DNA of 64,000 bases, from contig JAKALS010000005.1 of the NCBI GenBank assembly GCA_021813145.1, positions 8,022 through 72,021 of the forward strand, read 5' to 3'. Source of the stretch: a bacterium (GTDB lineage Bacteria; Patescibacteriota; Microgenomatia; Levybacterales; UBA12049). Under the pieces are notes generated by a model, which worked only from the letters and a program-made list of their open reading frames with translations, was not told the DNA's origin and ran no database searches. Positions 28,846-37,955 of the stretch are shown here, piece by piece. The position numbers and the translations under genes were made by a program. The first letter of the stretch is position 1, and every line of letters starts with the position of its first letter.

Positions 28846-29390
28846 TGGATAAGGTTAGGATTTTAGGAATAGGAGGAAGTTTAAGAAGAGGCTCATTCAG
28901 TAAAGGACTTCTTTTGGAAGCGAAAAAACTGGCTCCCGAAAATATAGATTTTGAAATTTGGGAAGACTATAATTTTCCTCCGTATAACCCGGACATAGAG
29001 ATTCCCCAAAACGTAAAAGAATTTAAGGATAAGATTAAAAATGCCGATGCCCTCCTTTTTTCCATTCCCGAATATAATTATTCGGTTCCCGGGTTTATAA
29101 AAAATGCAATTGACTGGGCGTCGAGGCCTTATGGAGACAATTCTTTTGAGGATAAGGCTGCCGCAATTATGAGCGAATCTACAGGTACGACAGCAGGCTC
29201 AAAAGCACAATATCATTTAAGGCAGATTTTTGTTTTCTTAAATATACATGTTTTGAATAAACCCGAATTTATGGTTCCAAACGCGAGTGGAAAATTCGAT
29301 AAAGAAGGAAACCTGACGGATGAAGAGACCAAAGCAAAAATTCTACCTTTTCTTAATGCCCTGGCAGAGTGGGCAAAAAGGCTTAAATAA
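28845..29390 (+). CDS. NAD(P)H-dependent FMN reductase family protein
   Basis: RILGIGGSLRRGSFSK flavodoxin-like motif of the SsuE/ArsH/NADPH-FMN reductase family. Confidence 0.8.
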   Translation: MDKVRILGIGGSLRRGSFSKGLLLEAKKLAPENIDFEIWEDYNFPPYNPDIEIPQNVKEFKDKIKNADALLFSIPEYNYSVPGFIKNAIDWASRPYGDNSFEDKAAAIMSESTGTTAGSKAQYHLRQIFVFLNIHVLNKPEFMVPNASGKFDKEGNLTDEETKAKILPFLNALAEWAKRLK

Positions 29391-29450
29391 TTTTCCTGTT
29401 TATTATATAATTCTTACATACCTTTCATTTTTTAAAAATAAAATATTTTC

Positions 29451-29927
29451 ATGCTAAAAAGAATTGTTAAATTAATTCCTTCCGGGTTTGCGTACGCGCA
29501 CTGCGATATTCCCTGCGGGATTTATGACCCTCACGCCGCTCAGGTTGCGGCATTCACAGTCATAAGAATGACCCAGCTTTTAGAGGATTTGAAAAGAGAG
29601 GGTGAAACAAAAGCGGAGCACGACGTAGCAAGAATTACTCATGTAAAAGAGGAGCATTCAAATATTCTGGAAGACGAACTCGAAACTCTCAGAAACGACT
29701 ACTTCAAGGAAGAACATTTTAAAGAATTTCCCAATCTTAGCGAATTGTTTGTTAATACCCTTAAATTTTCGGCCAAAGCAAGACAGGGAATAGATATGGA
29801 GGCAGCCCAGGGTGCGCTTTCGGGAGTGCAGGAAATAGCTGAAATTTTTTTCAAAACAAAGGGAGTAGAACCTGTAAGAGTGAAATCGGTATACCCTACA
29901 GGCGGAGAAATTGTTCTCTACAAATAA
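29451..29927 (+). CDS. sodN: nickel superoxide dismutase precursor
   Basis: Ni-hook HCDIPCGIYDP (HCDLPCGVY consensus) follows a short N-terminal leader ending ...AYA|H. Confidence 0.85.
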   Translation: MLKRIVKLIPSGFAYAHCDIPCGIYDPHAAQVAAFTVIRMTQLLEDLKREGETKAEHDVARITHVKEEHSNILEDELETLRNDYFKEEHFKEFPNLSELFVNTLKFSAKARQGIDMEAAQGALSGVQEIAEIFFKTKGVEPVRVKSVYPTGGEIVLYK

Positions 29928-30217
29928 TGCTTCTTTTAAGAAAATTTAAAATCCTCGGGCATTCGATGGAACCACTGATTAATAACGGAAACGAAGTTGT
30001 TGTAAGTTTTATCCCTTATTTTTTTAAAAAACCCAAAACGGGAGATATTGTAGCTTTTAAAAAAAAACAGGAAATATTTATAAAAAGAGTTGTAAAAGAA
30101 AAAAACGGGGAATATTTTGTTGAAGGAGATAATAAAAAGGACAGTTTAGACAGCAGGAGTTTCGGTTCCGTCAAGATTAATGATATTATAGGTAAGGTAA
30201 TTTATATAGTGAAATGA
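29927..30217 (+). CDS. sodX: S26-family signal-peptidase-like Ni-SOD maturation protease
   Basis: GHSMEP (Ser nucleophile region) and GDNKKDSLDSRSFG (S26 box E-like). Its ATG overlaps the sodN stop (TAATG). Confidence 0.7.
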   Translation: MLLLRKFKILGHSMEPLINNGNEVVVSFIPYFFKKPKTGDIVAFKKKQEIFIKRVVKEKNGEYFVEGDNKKDSLDSRSFGSVKINDIIGKVIYIVK

Positions 30218-30726
30218 TATTTTATCTTTATACCTTACTTGCTATTATTTTTTTGCTTTTTCTTCTTTCTATGGTCTGGCCGCCCGACAGTCCCTGGGCT
30301 CCATGGTGGAGAACCTCCAAAAAAACCGCAAGGAAAATGTGTAAATTCGCGGGTATAAAAAAGGGAGACATTGTTTATGATTTAGGGTGCGGAGAAGGAA
30401 CGGCTTTGTCTATTGCTTCAAAAGAATTCGGGGCGAAGGGCTTCGGAATAGAAATTGACCCTCTAAGATACGTCTTTGCAAGACTACTCATAAGAGTTAA
30501 CGGTTTATCAAAAAACGTAAGAATAAAAAGAGGAAACCTTTTTAACGAAGATTTTTCTAATGCCGATGCTGTTTTTGTGTATCTTGTTCCAAAGACTTTG
30601 GAAAAACTTGTACCTGAATTTAAAAAACTTAAAAAGGGCGCAAAGATTATAAGTTACCGTTACGAAATAAATCTTAAGTTATATAAATATGATAAAAAAA
30701 GCGGAATAAGAGTTTATATTATTTAG
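30214..30726 (+). CDS. class I SAM-dependent methyltransferase (membrane-anchored)
   Basis: VYDLGCGEGTA motif I. Overlaps sodX by 4 nt. Confidence 0.7.
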   Translation: MIFYLYTLLAIIFLLFLLSMVWPPDSPWAPWWRTSKKTARKMCKFAGIKKGDIVYDLGCGEGTALSIASKEFGAKGFGIEIDPLRYVFARLLIRVNGLSKNVRIKRGNLFNEDFSNADAVFVYLVPKTLEKLVPEFKKLKKGAKIISYRYEINLKLYKYDKKSGIRVYII

Positions 30727-31699
30727 CTCGTAGAGCCAGCCATCGCAGCTTATTTGCCAGTTTATATAACAAATAAACATTTTTATTTATCACAAGATCG
30801 TAGCTCCCCAGAAATTCCGTCAGTTCACCGCCGTATCCCTGTTTAAACCGATGAAATCCGTACCAGGGATCTTTTGTATCCGGGTTGGGTCCCATTGATC
30901 CCCACATATCAAATTTTTTTAACCCCAGTTTCTTGCCGTATTTAATCGCTTCCCACATCATAAGGTTTGAGGCCATGACTTCACGATGATTAGAGCTTGA
31001 AGCCCCATACGGATAATAAAGTGTATCTTTGTAAACAAAAAGGATCCAGGTAACCAGGATTTCCCCTTTGTATTTAGCGGTAAACAAGTGTGCGGTCAGT
31101 CTTTCCTTATCGAAATTTTGATTTTTGATTTCTGAATTTTGAATTTTTAATGTTTCCCACATCAACCTGTGATATTTTTTGGTATGGGCATAAAAGCCCT
31201 GCCTTTTTGTTGTTTCCCAGGTTAGCTCCAGATATTTTTCAAAAGCTTTGTCGGAAAATTCTTCTTCTATACTAACCTGGTGTTTTTGGGCAACCTTTAT
31301 GTTATATCTGGTTTTCTGGTTCATGCTTTTTAACAATTCATCTTCGGTTTTTGTTAAATCCAGTAAAAAGGTATATCTGGTAAAAAGGGGATGGGCGGAA
31401 GGGACCAGATTAAGGCTCATAACTTTTATGTGTAGCTCTTCGGTTCTTTGTACGTTTGGCTCAAGCTGTATAAATATGCAATTTTCTTTTTTCCCTAATT
31501 CTTTAAGTTCTACGGCCATCTGTTTTGTTGGCATAGGGCCTTTCGGGAGATAGCCGATATTAAATTTTGTATGGGGCACGGGATGGATTGTTATAAACAA
31601 ACCTTTTTCTCTTATTACTTTAATTCCTGTTTTTCCCCTGAAATTTGCCCATTCTTCACTTTGAAGCGGATGGTTGGTCTTGTATAAATTATTTGTCAT
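30719..31699 (-). CDS. FemAB-family aminoacyltransferase (peptidoglycan bridge formation)
   Basis: GNAT-duplicated FemAB profile (…YLPKGP…; GASSSNHREVMASNLMMWEAIKYGKKLG). Confidence 0.7.
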   Translation of the reverse strand: MTNNLYKTNHPLQSEEWANFRGKTGIKVIREKGLFITIHPVPHTKFNIGYLPKGPMPTKQMAVELKELGKKENCIFIQLEPNVQRTEELHIKVMSLNLVPSAHPLFTRYTFLLDLTKTEDELLKSMNQKTRYNIKVAQKHQVSIEEEFSDKAFEKYLELTWETTKRQGFYAHTKKYHRLMWETLKIQNSEIKNQNFDKERLTAHLFTAKYKGEILVTWILFVYKDTLYYPYGASSSNHREVMASNLMMWEAIKYGKKLGLKKFDMWGSMGPNPDTKDPWYGFHRFKQGYGGELTEFLGSYDLVINKNVYLLYKLANKLRWLALRAK

Positions 31700-33582
31700 A
31701 AGAAATCCGGGCCGTCACTATTATTATCCACAAAACGAAGGTCGTTTGAAATAATCTCTTGGGGAAGCTCAAGGACAAAGCGGGAGACAACGTTTGTTGT
31801 TTTTTGTCCGAAAAACAGTCTTTTCCTTGCGTATGTTAAGAAGAGTTTTTTTCTTGCCCTCGTCATTCCTACATAACATAGTCTTCTTTCTTCCTCAAGC
31901 TCATTTTTATCCATAAGGCTTCTGGAATGTGGAAAAAGGCCTTCTTCCATTCCGACCATAAAAACCACAGGAAACTCCAAACCTTTTGCCGCGTGAAGAG
32001 TCATAAGATTGACTGCATTTTTTTTATCATCCGAGTCATCGGGATGGTCGGGCATATATTCCTGTTCCACAAGAGCAACATTTTCCAGAAAATTATCTAT
32101 CTGCGGAAATTCTATGGCTACCGAACGGAGTTCTTTTATGTTTTCAAGTCTCTGAAGATCGTCTTCATCTTTCTCGTCAAAGAGAGACAGATATTCGCTT
32201 TCTTTTACAATTTTATCCAGAATATCTATGGTTTTTTCTTTTGTAATAACTTCAGAGGTAAAATATTTCTGTGCTTGGGAGAATTTATTAAATCTCCCTT
32301 TGCCCAACTTTTCAATTCTTTTTAGAGAAATCTTATCTTTGGGATTTGCCAGGACCCTTACCATGGCAAGTATATCTTTTATCTCTTTCCTTTCATAAAA
32401 TCTTGTTCCCCCTATCAAAAGATATGGCAGTCCGAAATGAAGAAAAACTTCTTCTACGCTTCTTGACTGTGCATTAGTCCTATAAAGTACCGCAAAATCA
32501 CTGAATTTTAGGTCAGGATTCTGGTAACGCAGACTCGATACCTGTTGTATTATAAATTCTGCCTCTTTTTGTTCGTTTATTGCCTCGAATAATTCTATGT
32601 TTTCTCCGCCCGAATTTTGGGTCCAAAGCTTTAATACCGGGTGGCCCGTATTTTTTGCTATTATCGAGGATGCCGCGTCAAGAATTTTTTGTGTCGAACG
32701 GTAATTCTGCGAAAGAGAAAAAGTTTTCGTTCCTTTAAAATCTTCTTCAAACTTTGAAAGATTTTGAAAATCCGCTCCCCTGAAGCTGTAAATACTCTGG
32801 GAGAAGTCTCCGACAACGCAGATATTTTTAGCATTTTGAGCAAGAAGCCTGGTCAATTTATATTGTGCATGATTTGTATCCTGATATTCGTCAACCATTA
32901 TATATTGGAATTTATTCTGGTATTTTGAAAGTATCGCCGGATTTTGTTCAAACATTGAAACGGTTTTTAAAATGAGGTCGTCAAAATCCAGAGCATTATT
33001 CTCCTTAAGTATTTTTTGGTAAACTCCGTAGACGCTTGCTACCGTTTGCTGAAAATGGCCTCTTGCATAGTTTGGATATTCAGACGGGCCTATAAGTTCG
33101 TTTTTAGCTTCCGAAATAGTAGTCAAAACAGATGAGGGTTTATATTCTTTTGCCGACAGCCCCAATCTTTGAAAGGCTTCTTTAATTGCATCCTTTTGGT
33201 CCTGGCTGTCGTAAATTACAAAACTCCTGCCTATTTCCATGCTGTTTCCTTCTATCCTTAATATTTTTGCACAGAGGGAATGGAAAGTTGAAACCGTGGG
33301 CTTTGAGTTTAAAGGAAGGCCGAATTTATTAAAGAACTTTTGTATTCTTTCTTTCATTTCGTTGGCTGCTTTGTTGGTAAAAGTGACCATTAAAATATTT
33401 TCCGGGTCTACGGATTTTTCCGCTATCAGATAAACCACCTTATAAGTAAGTACTCTTGTTTTTCCCGAACCTGCGCCCGCCAGGATAATCATAGGCCCTT
33501 GCGAGTTTATTACCGCTTCTTGCTGCTGAGGGTTTAAGTCCTTGAGAAAGTCTTGTTTCATACCGTATAATGATACCATCAC
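31696..33582 (-). CDS. pcrA: ATP-dependent DNA helicase UvrD/PcrA
   Basis: GAGSGKTRVLT Walker A, DEYQDTN, and UvrD-family motifs. The real start may be the internal ATG at 33561. Confidence 0.85.
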   Translation of the reverse strand: MMVSLYGMKQDFLKDLNPQQQEAVINSQGPMIILAGAGSGKTRVLTYKVVYLIAEKSVDPENILMVTFTNKAANEMKERIQKFFNKFGLPLNSKPTVSTFHSLCAKILRIEGNSMEIGRSFVIYDSQDQKDAIKEAFQRLGLSAKEYKPSSVLTTISEAKNELIGPSEYPNYARGHFQQTVASVYGVYQKILKENNALDFDDLILKTVSMFEQNPAILSKYQNKFQYIMVDEYQDTNHAQYKLTRLLAQNAKNICVVGDFSQSIYSFRGADFQNLSKFEEDFKGTKTFSLSQNYRSTQKILDAASSIIAKNTGHPVLKLWTQNSGGENIELFEAINEQKEAEFIIQQVSSLRYQNPDLKFSDFAVLYRTNAQSRSVEEVFLHFGLPYLLIGGTRFYERKEIKDILAMVRVLANPKDKISLKRIEKLGKGRFNKFSQAQKYFTSEVITKEKTIDILDKIVKESEYLSLFDEKDEDDLQRLENIKELRSVAIEFPQIDNFLENVALVEQEYMPDHPDDSDDKKNAVNLMTLHAAKGLEFPVVFMVGMEEGLFPHSRSLMDKNELEEERRLCYVGMTRARKKLFLTYARKRLFFGQKTTNVVSRFVLELPQEIISNDLRFVDNNSDGPDFL

Positions 33583-33600
33583 ACTATACGTGACTCAAGC

Positions 33601-34266
33601 ATGGATAAGGTTTTTATAGTAGCAAACCTCAAGTCTTACAAGAATCAACAAGAAGCCCAGGAGTGGTTATATAGTTTAAGGACCAATAATTCAAAAATAG
33701 ATTTTACAAAAAAAGAAGTCATAATTTGCCCTCCCTTCCAGCTTCTTGCGGATTTTTCGTCATTTATAAAAACCAATAATTTGCCTTTTAAGTTAGGGGC
33801 CCAGAACGTTTCCCCTTTTCCCGAAGGAGCTTATACGGGAGAAATTAACGCCAAACAGTTAAAAGATTACTGCGAGTACGTAATAATAGGACACTCCGAA
33901 AGAAGACAGTATTTTAAAGAGGATGACGAAATGCTAAAAACCAAAGTACAGCAGTCTTGGAGCAAAGGAGTGATTCCTATTTTCTGCGTCCAGAACGAAA
34001 ACAACCCAATCCCCGATGAGGTCTCAATTGTTGCCTATGAACCTGTTTTTGCGATTGGAAGCGGCACTCCGGATACTCCCGAAAATGCAGAAATGGTAGC
34101 GCGTTCTATTAAAGAGAAAAAAGAAAACATTAAGGTACTTTACGGAGGAAGCATAGATTCGTTAAATGTTAAAAACTTCACATCCTCATCGAACTTAGGG
34201 GGAGTGTTGGTAGGAAGTGCAAGTCTTGATCCCCTTGAATTTATAAGGATATCGGAAAATGCGTAA
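33601..34266 (+). CDS. tpiA: triose-phosphate isomerase
   Basis: IGHSERR and YGGS TIM motifs. At 221 aa it is slightly short. Confidence 0.75.
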   Translation: MDKVFIVANLKSYKNQQEAQEWLYSLRTNNSKIDFTKKEVIICPPFQLLADFSSFIKTNNLPFKLGAQNVSPFPEGAYTGEINAKQLKDYCEYVIIGHSERRQYFKEDDEMLKTKVQQSWSKGVIPIFCVQNENNPIPDEVSIVAYEPVFAIGSGTPDTPENAEMVARSIKEKKENIKVLYGGSIDSLNVKNFTSSSNLGGVLVGSASLDPLEFIRISENA

Positions 34267-35356
34267 GAAAATAATCCCATTAATACTTGGAATACTATTC
34301 ATTTTTTTAATTGCAAGGGCCGTGACCGCGGCTCCGGGAGCTTTTTCTTTTCTTTTCCAACTTCTTTTTAACAGGGGAGTAGCATTAAAGCAAAACGGCC
34401 AAAGCCAGATTAATGTTCTTCTTTTGGGAATAGGTGGAGGAAATCACGACGGGCCGAATCTTACGGATACTATCATACTTGCAAACATTGATCAGAAAAA
34501 AGACAAGGTGACGCTTATTTCTATCCCGAGAGACATGTGGTTTCCCGATATAGATCAGAAAATAAATGCGGCATATGCGATAGGCCAGGCAAAAAAACCG
34601 GGTCTTGGGCTTTTGATGGCGGAGGCGGCTGTAGGGAAAATTACCGGACAGGAAATAGACTACGGGGTGAGGATAGATTTTTCGGGATTTGTTAAGGCAG
34701 TAAATCTTGTCGGAGGACTGGACATAAATGTGGATAATACTTTTGACGATTACCAATACCCGATAGACGGAATGGAAAACGCAAGCTGTGGCCATACCCA
34801 AGCGGAAATACAGGCGATGTCTAATGATTCCCAGGACCAGCTCGTTAAAGACTTCCCGTGTAGATATAAACACCTGCATTTTAATAAAGGTCCCCAACAT
34901 ATGGACGGAGAAACTGCGCTTGAATTTGTAAGGTCGAGACACGCCACCGGTGTTGAGGGAAGCGATTTCGCAAGAAGCAAGAGACAGGAAAAAGTAATAA
35001 AAGCGTTTAAAGATAAAATTCTTTCCCCGCAAACCCTCCTCAATCCTTCAAAGATAATAAGTCTTTACGACACACTTAAATCAAGCATAGATACCGATAT
35101 AAGTCAAAATGAGTACGACGACTTTATAAGACTTGCAGAGGAAATGAAAAATGCAAAAATACAAAGTGCCGTTATAGATACGGGTGATCCGGCAACAAAC
35201 CGTAACGGACTTTTAAATGAGAGCTCTGTCCTTTCGGATTACGGATATACTTCGGCTCTTTTACCGGTTTTGGGAAACGGAAATTATTCGCAAATACAAA
35301 AATACATATCTTGTGAAATCTCAACCGGAAATTGCTCTGTGCCTCCTGCCAAATAA
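34259..35356 (+). CDS. LCP (LytR-CpsA-Psr) family glycopolymer phosphotransferase
   Basis: TM anchor plus the INVLLLGIGG...TDTIILANID...ISIPRDMW LCP core. Confidence 0.8.
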   Translation: MRKKIIPLILGILFIFLIARAVTAAPGAFSFLFQLLFNRGVALKQNGQSQINVLLLGIGGGNHDGPNLTDTIILANIDQKKDKVTLISIPRDMWFPDIDQKINAAYAIGQAKKPGLGLLMAEAAVGKITGQEIDYGVRIDFSGFVKAVNLVGGLDINVDNTFDDYQYPIDGMENASCGHTQAEIQAMSNDSQDQLVKDFPCRYKHLHFNKGPQHMDGETALEFVRSRHATGVEGSDFARSKRQEKVIKAFKDKILSPQTLLNPSKIISLYDTLKSSIDTDISQNEYDDFIRLAEEMKNAKIQSAVIDTGDPATNRNGLLNESSVLSDYGYTSALLPVLGNGNYSQIQKYISCEISTGNCSVPPAK

Positions 35357-35364
35357 TTGTGAAA

Positions 35365-36618
35365 ATGAAAAAAATTATTGGATTTTTCCAGGAACCTTTG
35401 TTCTTAAAAATTCTCCTTTTTTTAATTGTGGGCTTAAGATTATTCCTGTTTACTTTTCCGAGTTTTAAAATAGACATGGGAGATTGGCAAGCATGGGCTT
35501 CAAGAATTAATCAGACGGGCCCCTTAGATTTTTATTTGCCGGGAATGCTTGCCGACTATCTTCCGTTTTTTTATCTCCTGCTTTTTATATTCACAAAAAT
35601 ATTTGTATTTATATTTAACAGTCAGGCAATATTTTCTCAAGCATTTGATCTTTATATAAGACTCATAAGCAACAGCTTTGATTTTTTAACCGCCTATCTT
35701 ATTTACAAGATTTTAAAAAACCATAATTCAAAATGGGGTTTTTTGGCAGGGCTTTTGTACCTCGTAAATCCCGCCGTAATTTTTAACAGTTCCGTTTGGG
35801 GTCAAACTGATTCTATTCCAACCTTCTTCTTTATATCGGCAATTTACTTTTTGAATGAAAGGAAAAAAGCAGCTGCATGGTCTATCGGTTCCGCCTTATC
35901 TCTTTTGGTAAAACCTTTAAATGTGGCTGCCATGCCTGTTACCGGAGTACGGCTTTTAAAAAACTTTTCATTAAGAGAAATTATTTTGGCGGCAATTTTT
36001 GCCGTCTTAATTTTTTTCCTTGTTACGGTACCCTTTTTTATTAAAGATCCGCTTTTTGGAATCTTCGGACATCTTTTAAATTCATTAAGTGTTTACCCGT
36101 ATACATCTTTAAATGCTTATAACTTTTGGAGTCTTGCCGTTGGCTGGTGGAAACCGGATTCGGGCCTTTTTTGGGGAATTTCTTATCATTTTTTAGGATA
36201 TATAATTTTCTTTTTAATTTTGGGAATTACCCTTATCCCATACGTAAAAATTAAGGGACGTTTTGAGCTTGATTATTTCGCAGCGGCGGTTTCTACTTTT
36301 GCGTTTTTTTTATTTTTGACAAGAATTCATGAAAGGCATCTTTTTCCTCTTTTTTCACTTCTAATTATTTCCGCTTTTCTATTCAGGTCAAAATTTCTTC
36401 TATTTTCCTATGTAGCGGTTTCTGTTATTAATTTTTTTGACCTTTTTTATTCTTATTATTACTATAATTTTGTTTATCAAAATCCGTTGTCGGCAAATAA
36501 TTTTCTTTTCTTAATCTCGCTGAATTTTGCAAACTTATTCGCACTGGTTCTTCTTTTTCTTTTCGCTTTTATATTTATATTGTATATGAGGACTGCTTTT
36601 TTAAAGCCTGAAAAGTAG
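35365..36618 (+). CDS. GT-C fold integral membrane glycosyltransferase (polyprenyl-phosphate-sugar dependent)
   Basis: About 11 TM helices with the loop architecture of the GT-C / DUF2079 / PMT_2 families. Directly downstream of the LCP gene. Confidence 0.5.
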   Translation: MKKIIGFFQEPLFLKILLFLIVGLRLFLFTFPSFKIDMGDWQAWASRINQTGPLDFYLPGMLADYLPFFYLLLFIFTKIFVFIFNSQAIFSQAFDLYIRLISNSFDFLTAYLIYKILKNHNSKWGFLAGLLYLVNPAVIFNSSVWGQTDSIPTFFFISAIYFLNERKKAAAWSIGSALSLLVKPLNVAAMPVTGVRLLKNFSLREIILAAIFAVLIFFLVTVPFFIKDPLFGIFGHLLNSLSVYPYTSLNAYNFWSLAVGWWKPDSGLFWGISYHFLGYIIFFLILGITLIPYVKIKGRFELDYFAAAVSTFAFFLFLTRIHERHLFPLFSLLIISAFLFRSKFLLFSYVAVSVINFFDLFYSYYYYNFVYQNPLSANNFLFLISLNFANLFALVLLFLFAFIFILYMRTAFLKPEK

Positions 36619-36634
36619 TATAATTATTTTTTGC

Positions 36635-37948
36635 ATGATAAAAAAATATTTAAACAGAAAATATCTGCCCGAGTTTCTCATTTTTTTCTTCGCCTTATTT
36701 ACGAGATTTTTCAGGCTCGATGTCCCCAAAAATTATATTTTCGACGAGGTTTATCATGCTTGGACGGCGGGGCAAATGTTTATGGGTAATCCGGCTGCAT
36801 GGGAGTGGTGGAATACTCCTCCGGCCGGCGTTGCCTATGAATGGACGCATCCTCCTTTGGCAAAAGAGTTCATGGTTTTGGCAATTGCCGCTTTTGGTAA
36901 TAACAGTTTTGCGTGGAGATTTTTTTCTGCCCTTTTCGGGTTCGGAGTAATAGTTCTTATTTATCTAATTGCCTACAAGCTTTTTAAAAGCAGGACAATA
37001 GCGCTTTTTGCATCTTTTGCGGCCTCTTGCGACGGGCTTTTGCTTGTAATGTCAAGAATAGGGATGAACGATATGTATTTCCTGTTCTTTGCGATGCTTG
37101 CTTTTCTTTTCTTTCTTAACAAGAAGAATTTTCTTATGGCAGTTTCCTTGGGTTTGTCGGTTGCCTCCAAGTGGACGGGGTTATTTGCCGTAGGCATATT
37201 GGGAATTATTTTTCTTGCAGAGCTTTCGCTTTTGCTAAAGAGGAAAAAAATAAAACAAAAAGAGGCTCTTAAAAAAATAATTATTTCGCCTATTTATTTT
37301 ATCCTTATTCCCTTTATTATCTATCTTCTTGTTTATCTCCCGTTTTTTACAGGACACCATACTCCTCCCGGGGAACAGCCGTCGCCTTTTAACGTAAATA
37401 CTTTTATAGGACTTCAGGAGCAGATGTATTGGTATCACACCGATTTAAAGGCAACACATCCGTACCAGTCCGTACCGGTGCAATGGGTTTTTGATTTAAG
37501 ACCTGTATGGATTTATGTAAATTATTCAGGAAGTACGATTGCCAATATATACAACCTCGGAAACCCTCTTTTTATGTGGTTCGGGTTAGCTGCCATGATT
37601 TTTCTTTTATTTGATTACATTAAGGAAAGAAATTTAAATCAGGGAATAGTTATTTTTTCTTATCTTGCTTTTTTTGTCCCGTGGGCGGCCTCTCCAAGAA
37701 TCATGTTTTATTATCATTACCTTCCTGCAGTTCCTTTTTTGGCGATTGCTACGGGGTATGTTCTAAATAAATTATTTGCTTCCTCTTCGGGCAGAATTGT
37801 AGTGGCGGTTTATCTTTTTACTCTTGTTGCTTTGTTTATTTACTTTCTTCCTTTATGGACGGCAATACCTGTTCCCAAATGTCAGATTCCGGGACCTAAT
37901 TGTACCAGCTGGTATGATTCCTTCTTCTGGCTCCCGAGTTGGAAATAA
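36635..37948 (+). CDS. GT39/PMT-family (ArnT-like) membrane glycosyltransferase
   Basis: N-terminal loop FDEVYHA (the DE motif of GT-C PMT/ArnT) and a PPLAKEF loop. Multi-TM. Confidence 0.7.
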   Translation: MIKKYLNRKYLPEFLIFFFALFTRFFRLDVPKNYIFDEVYHAWTAGQMFMGNPAAWEWWNTPPAGVAYEWTHPPLAKEFMVLAIAAFGNNSFAWRFFSALFGFGVIVLIYLIAYKLFKSRTIALFASFAASCDGLLLVMSRIGMNDMYFLFFAMLAFLFFLNKKNFLMAVSLGLSVASKWTGLFAVGILGIIFLAELSLLLKRKKIKQKEALKKIIISPIYFILIPFIIYLLVYLPFFTGHHTPPGEQPSPFNVNTFIGLQEQMYWYHTDLKATHPYQSVPVQWVFDLRPVWIYVNYSGSTIANIYNLGNPLFMWFGLAAMIFLLFDYIKERNLNQGIVIFSYLAFFVPWAASPRIMFYYHYLPAVPFLAIATGYVLNKLFASSSGRIVVAVYLFTLVALFIYFLPLWTAIPVPKCQIPGPNCTSWYDSFFWLPSWK

Positions 37949-37955
37949 ACTAAAA

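Noticed and set aside
31117-31152. ATTTTGA-rich repeat-like tract
   Set aside because: It lies inside the FemAB coding sequence (IQNSEIKNQNFD) and is just AT-rich codon repetition, not an array.
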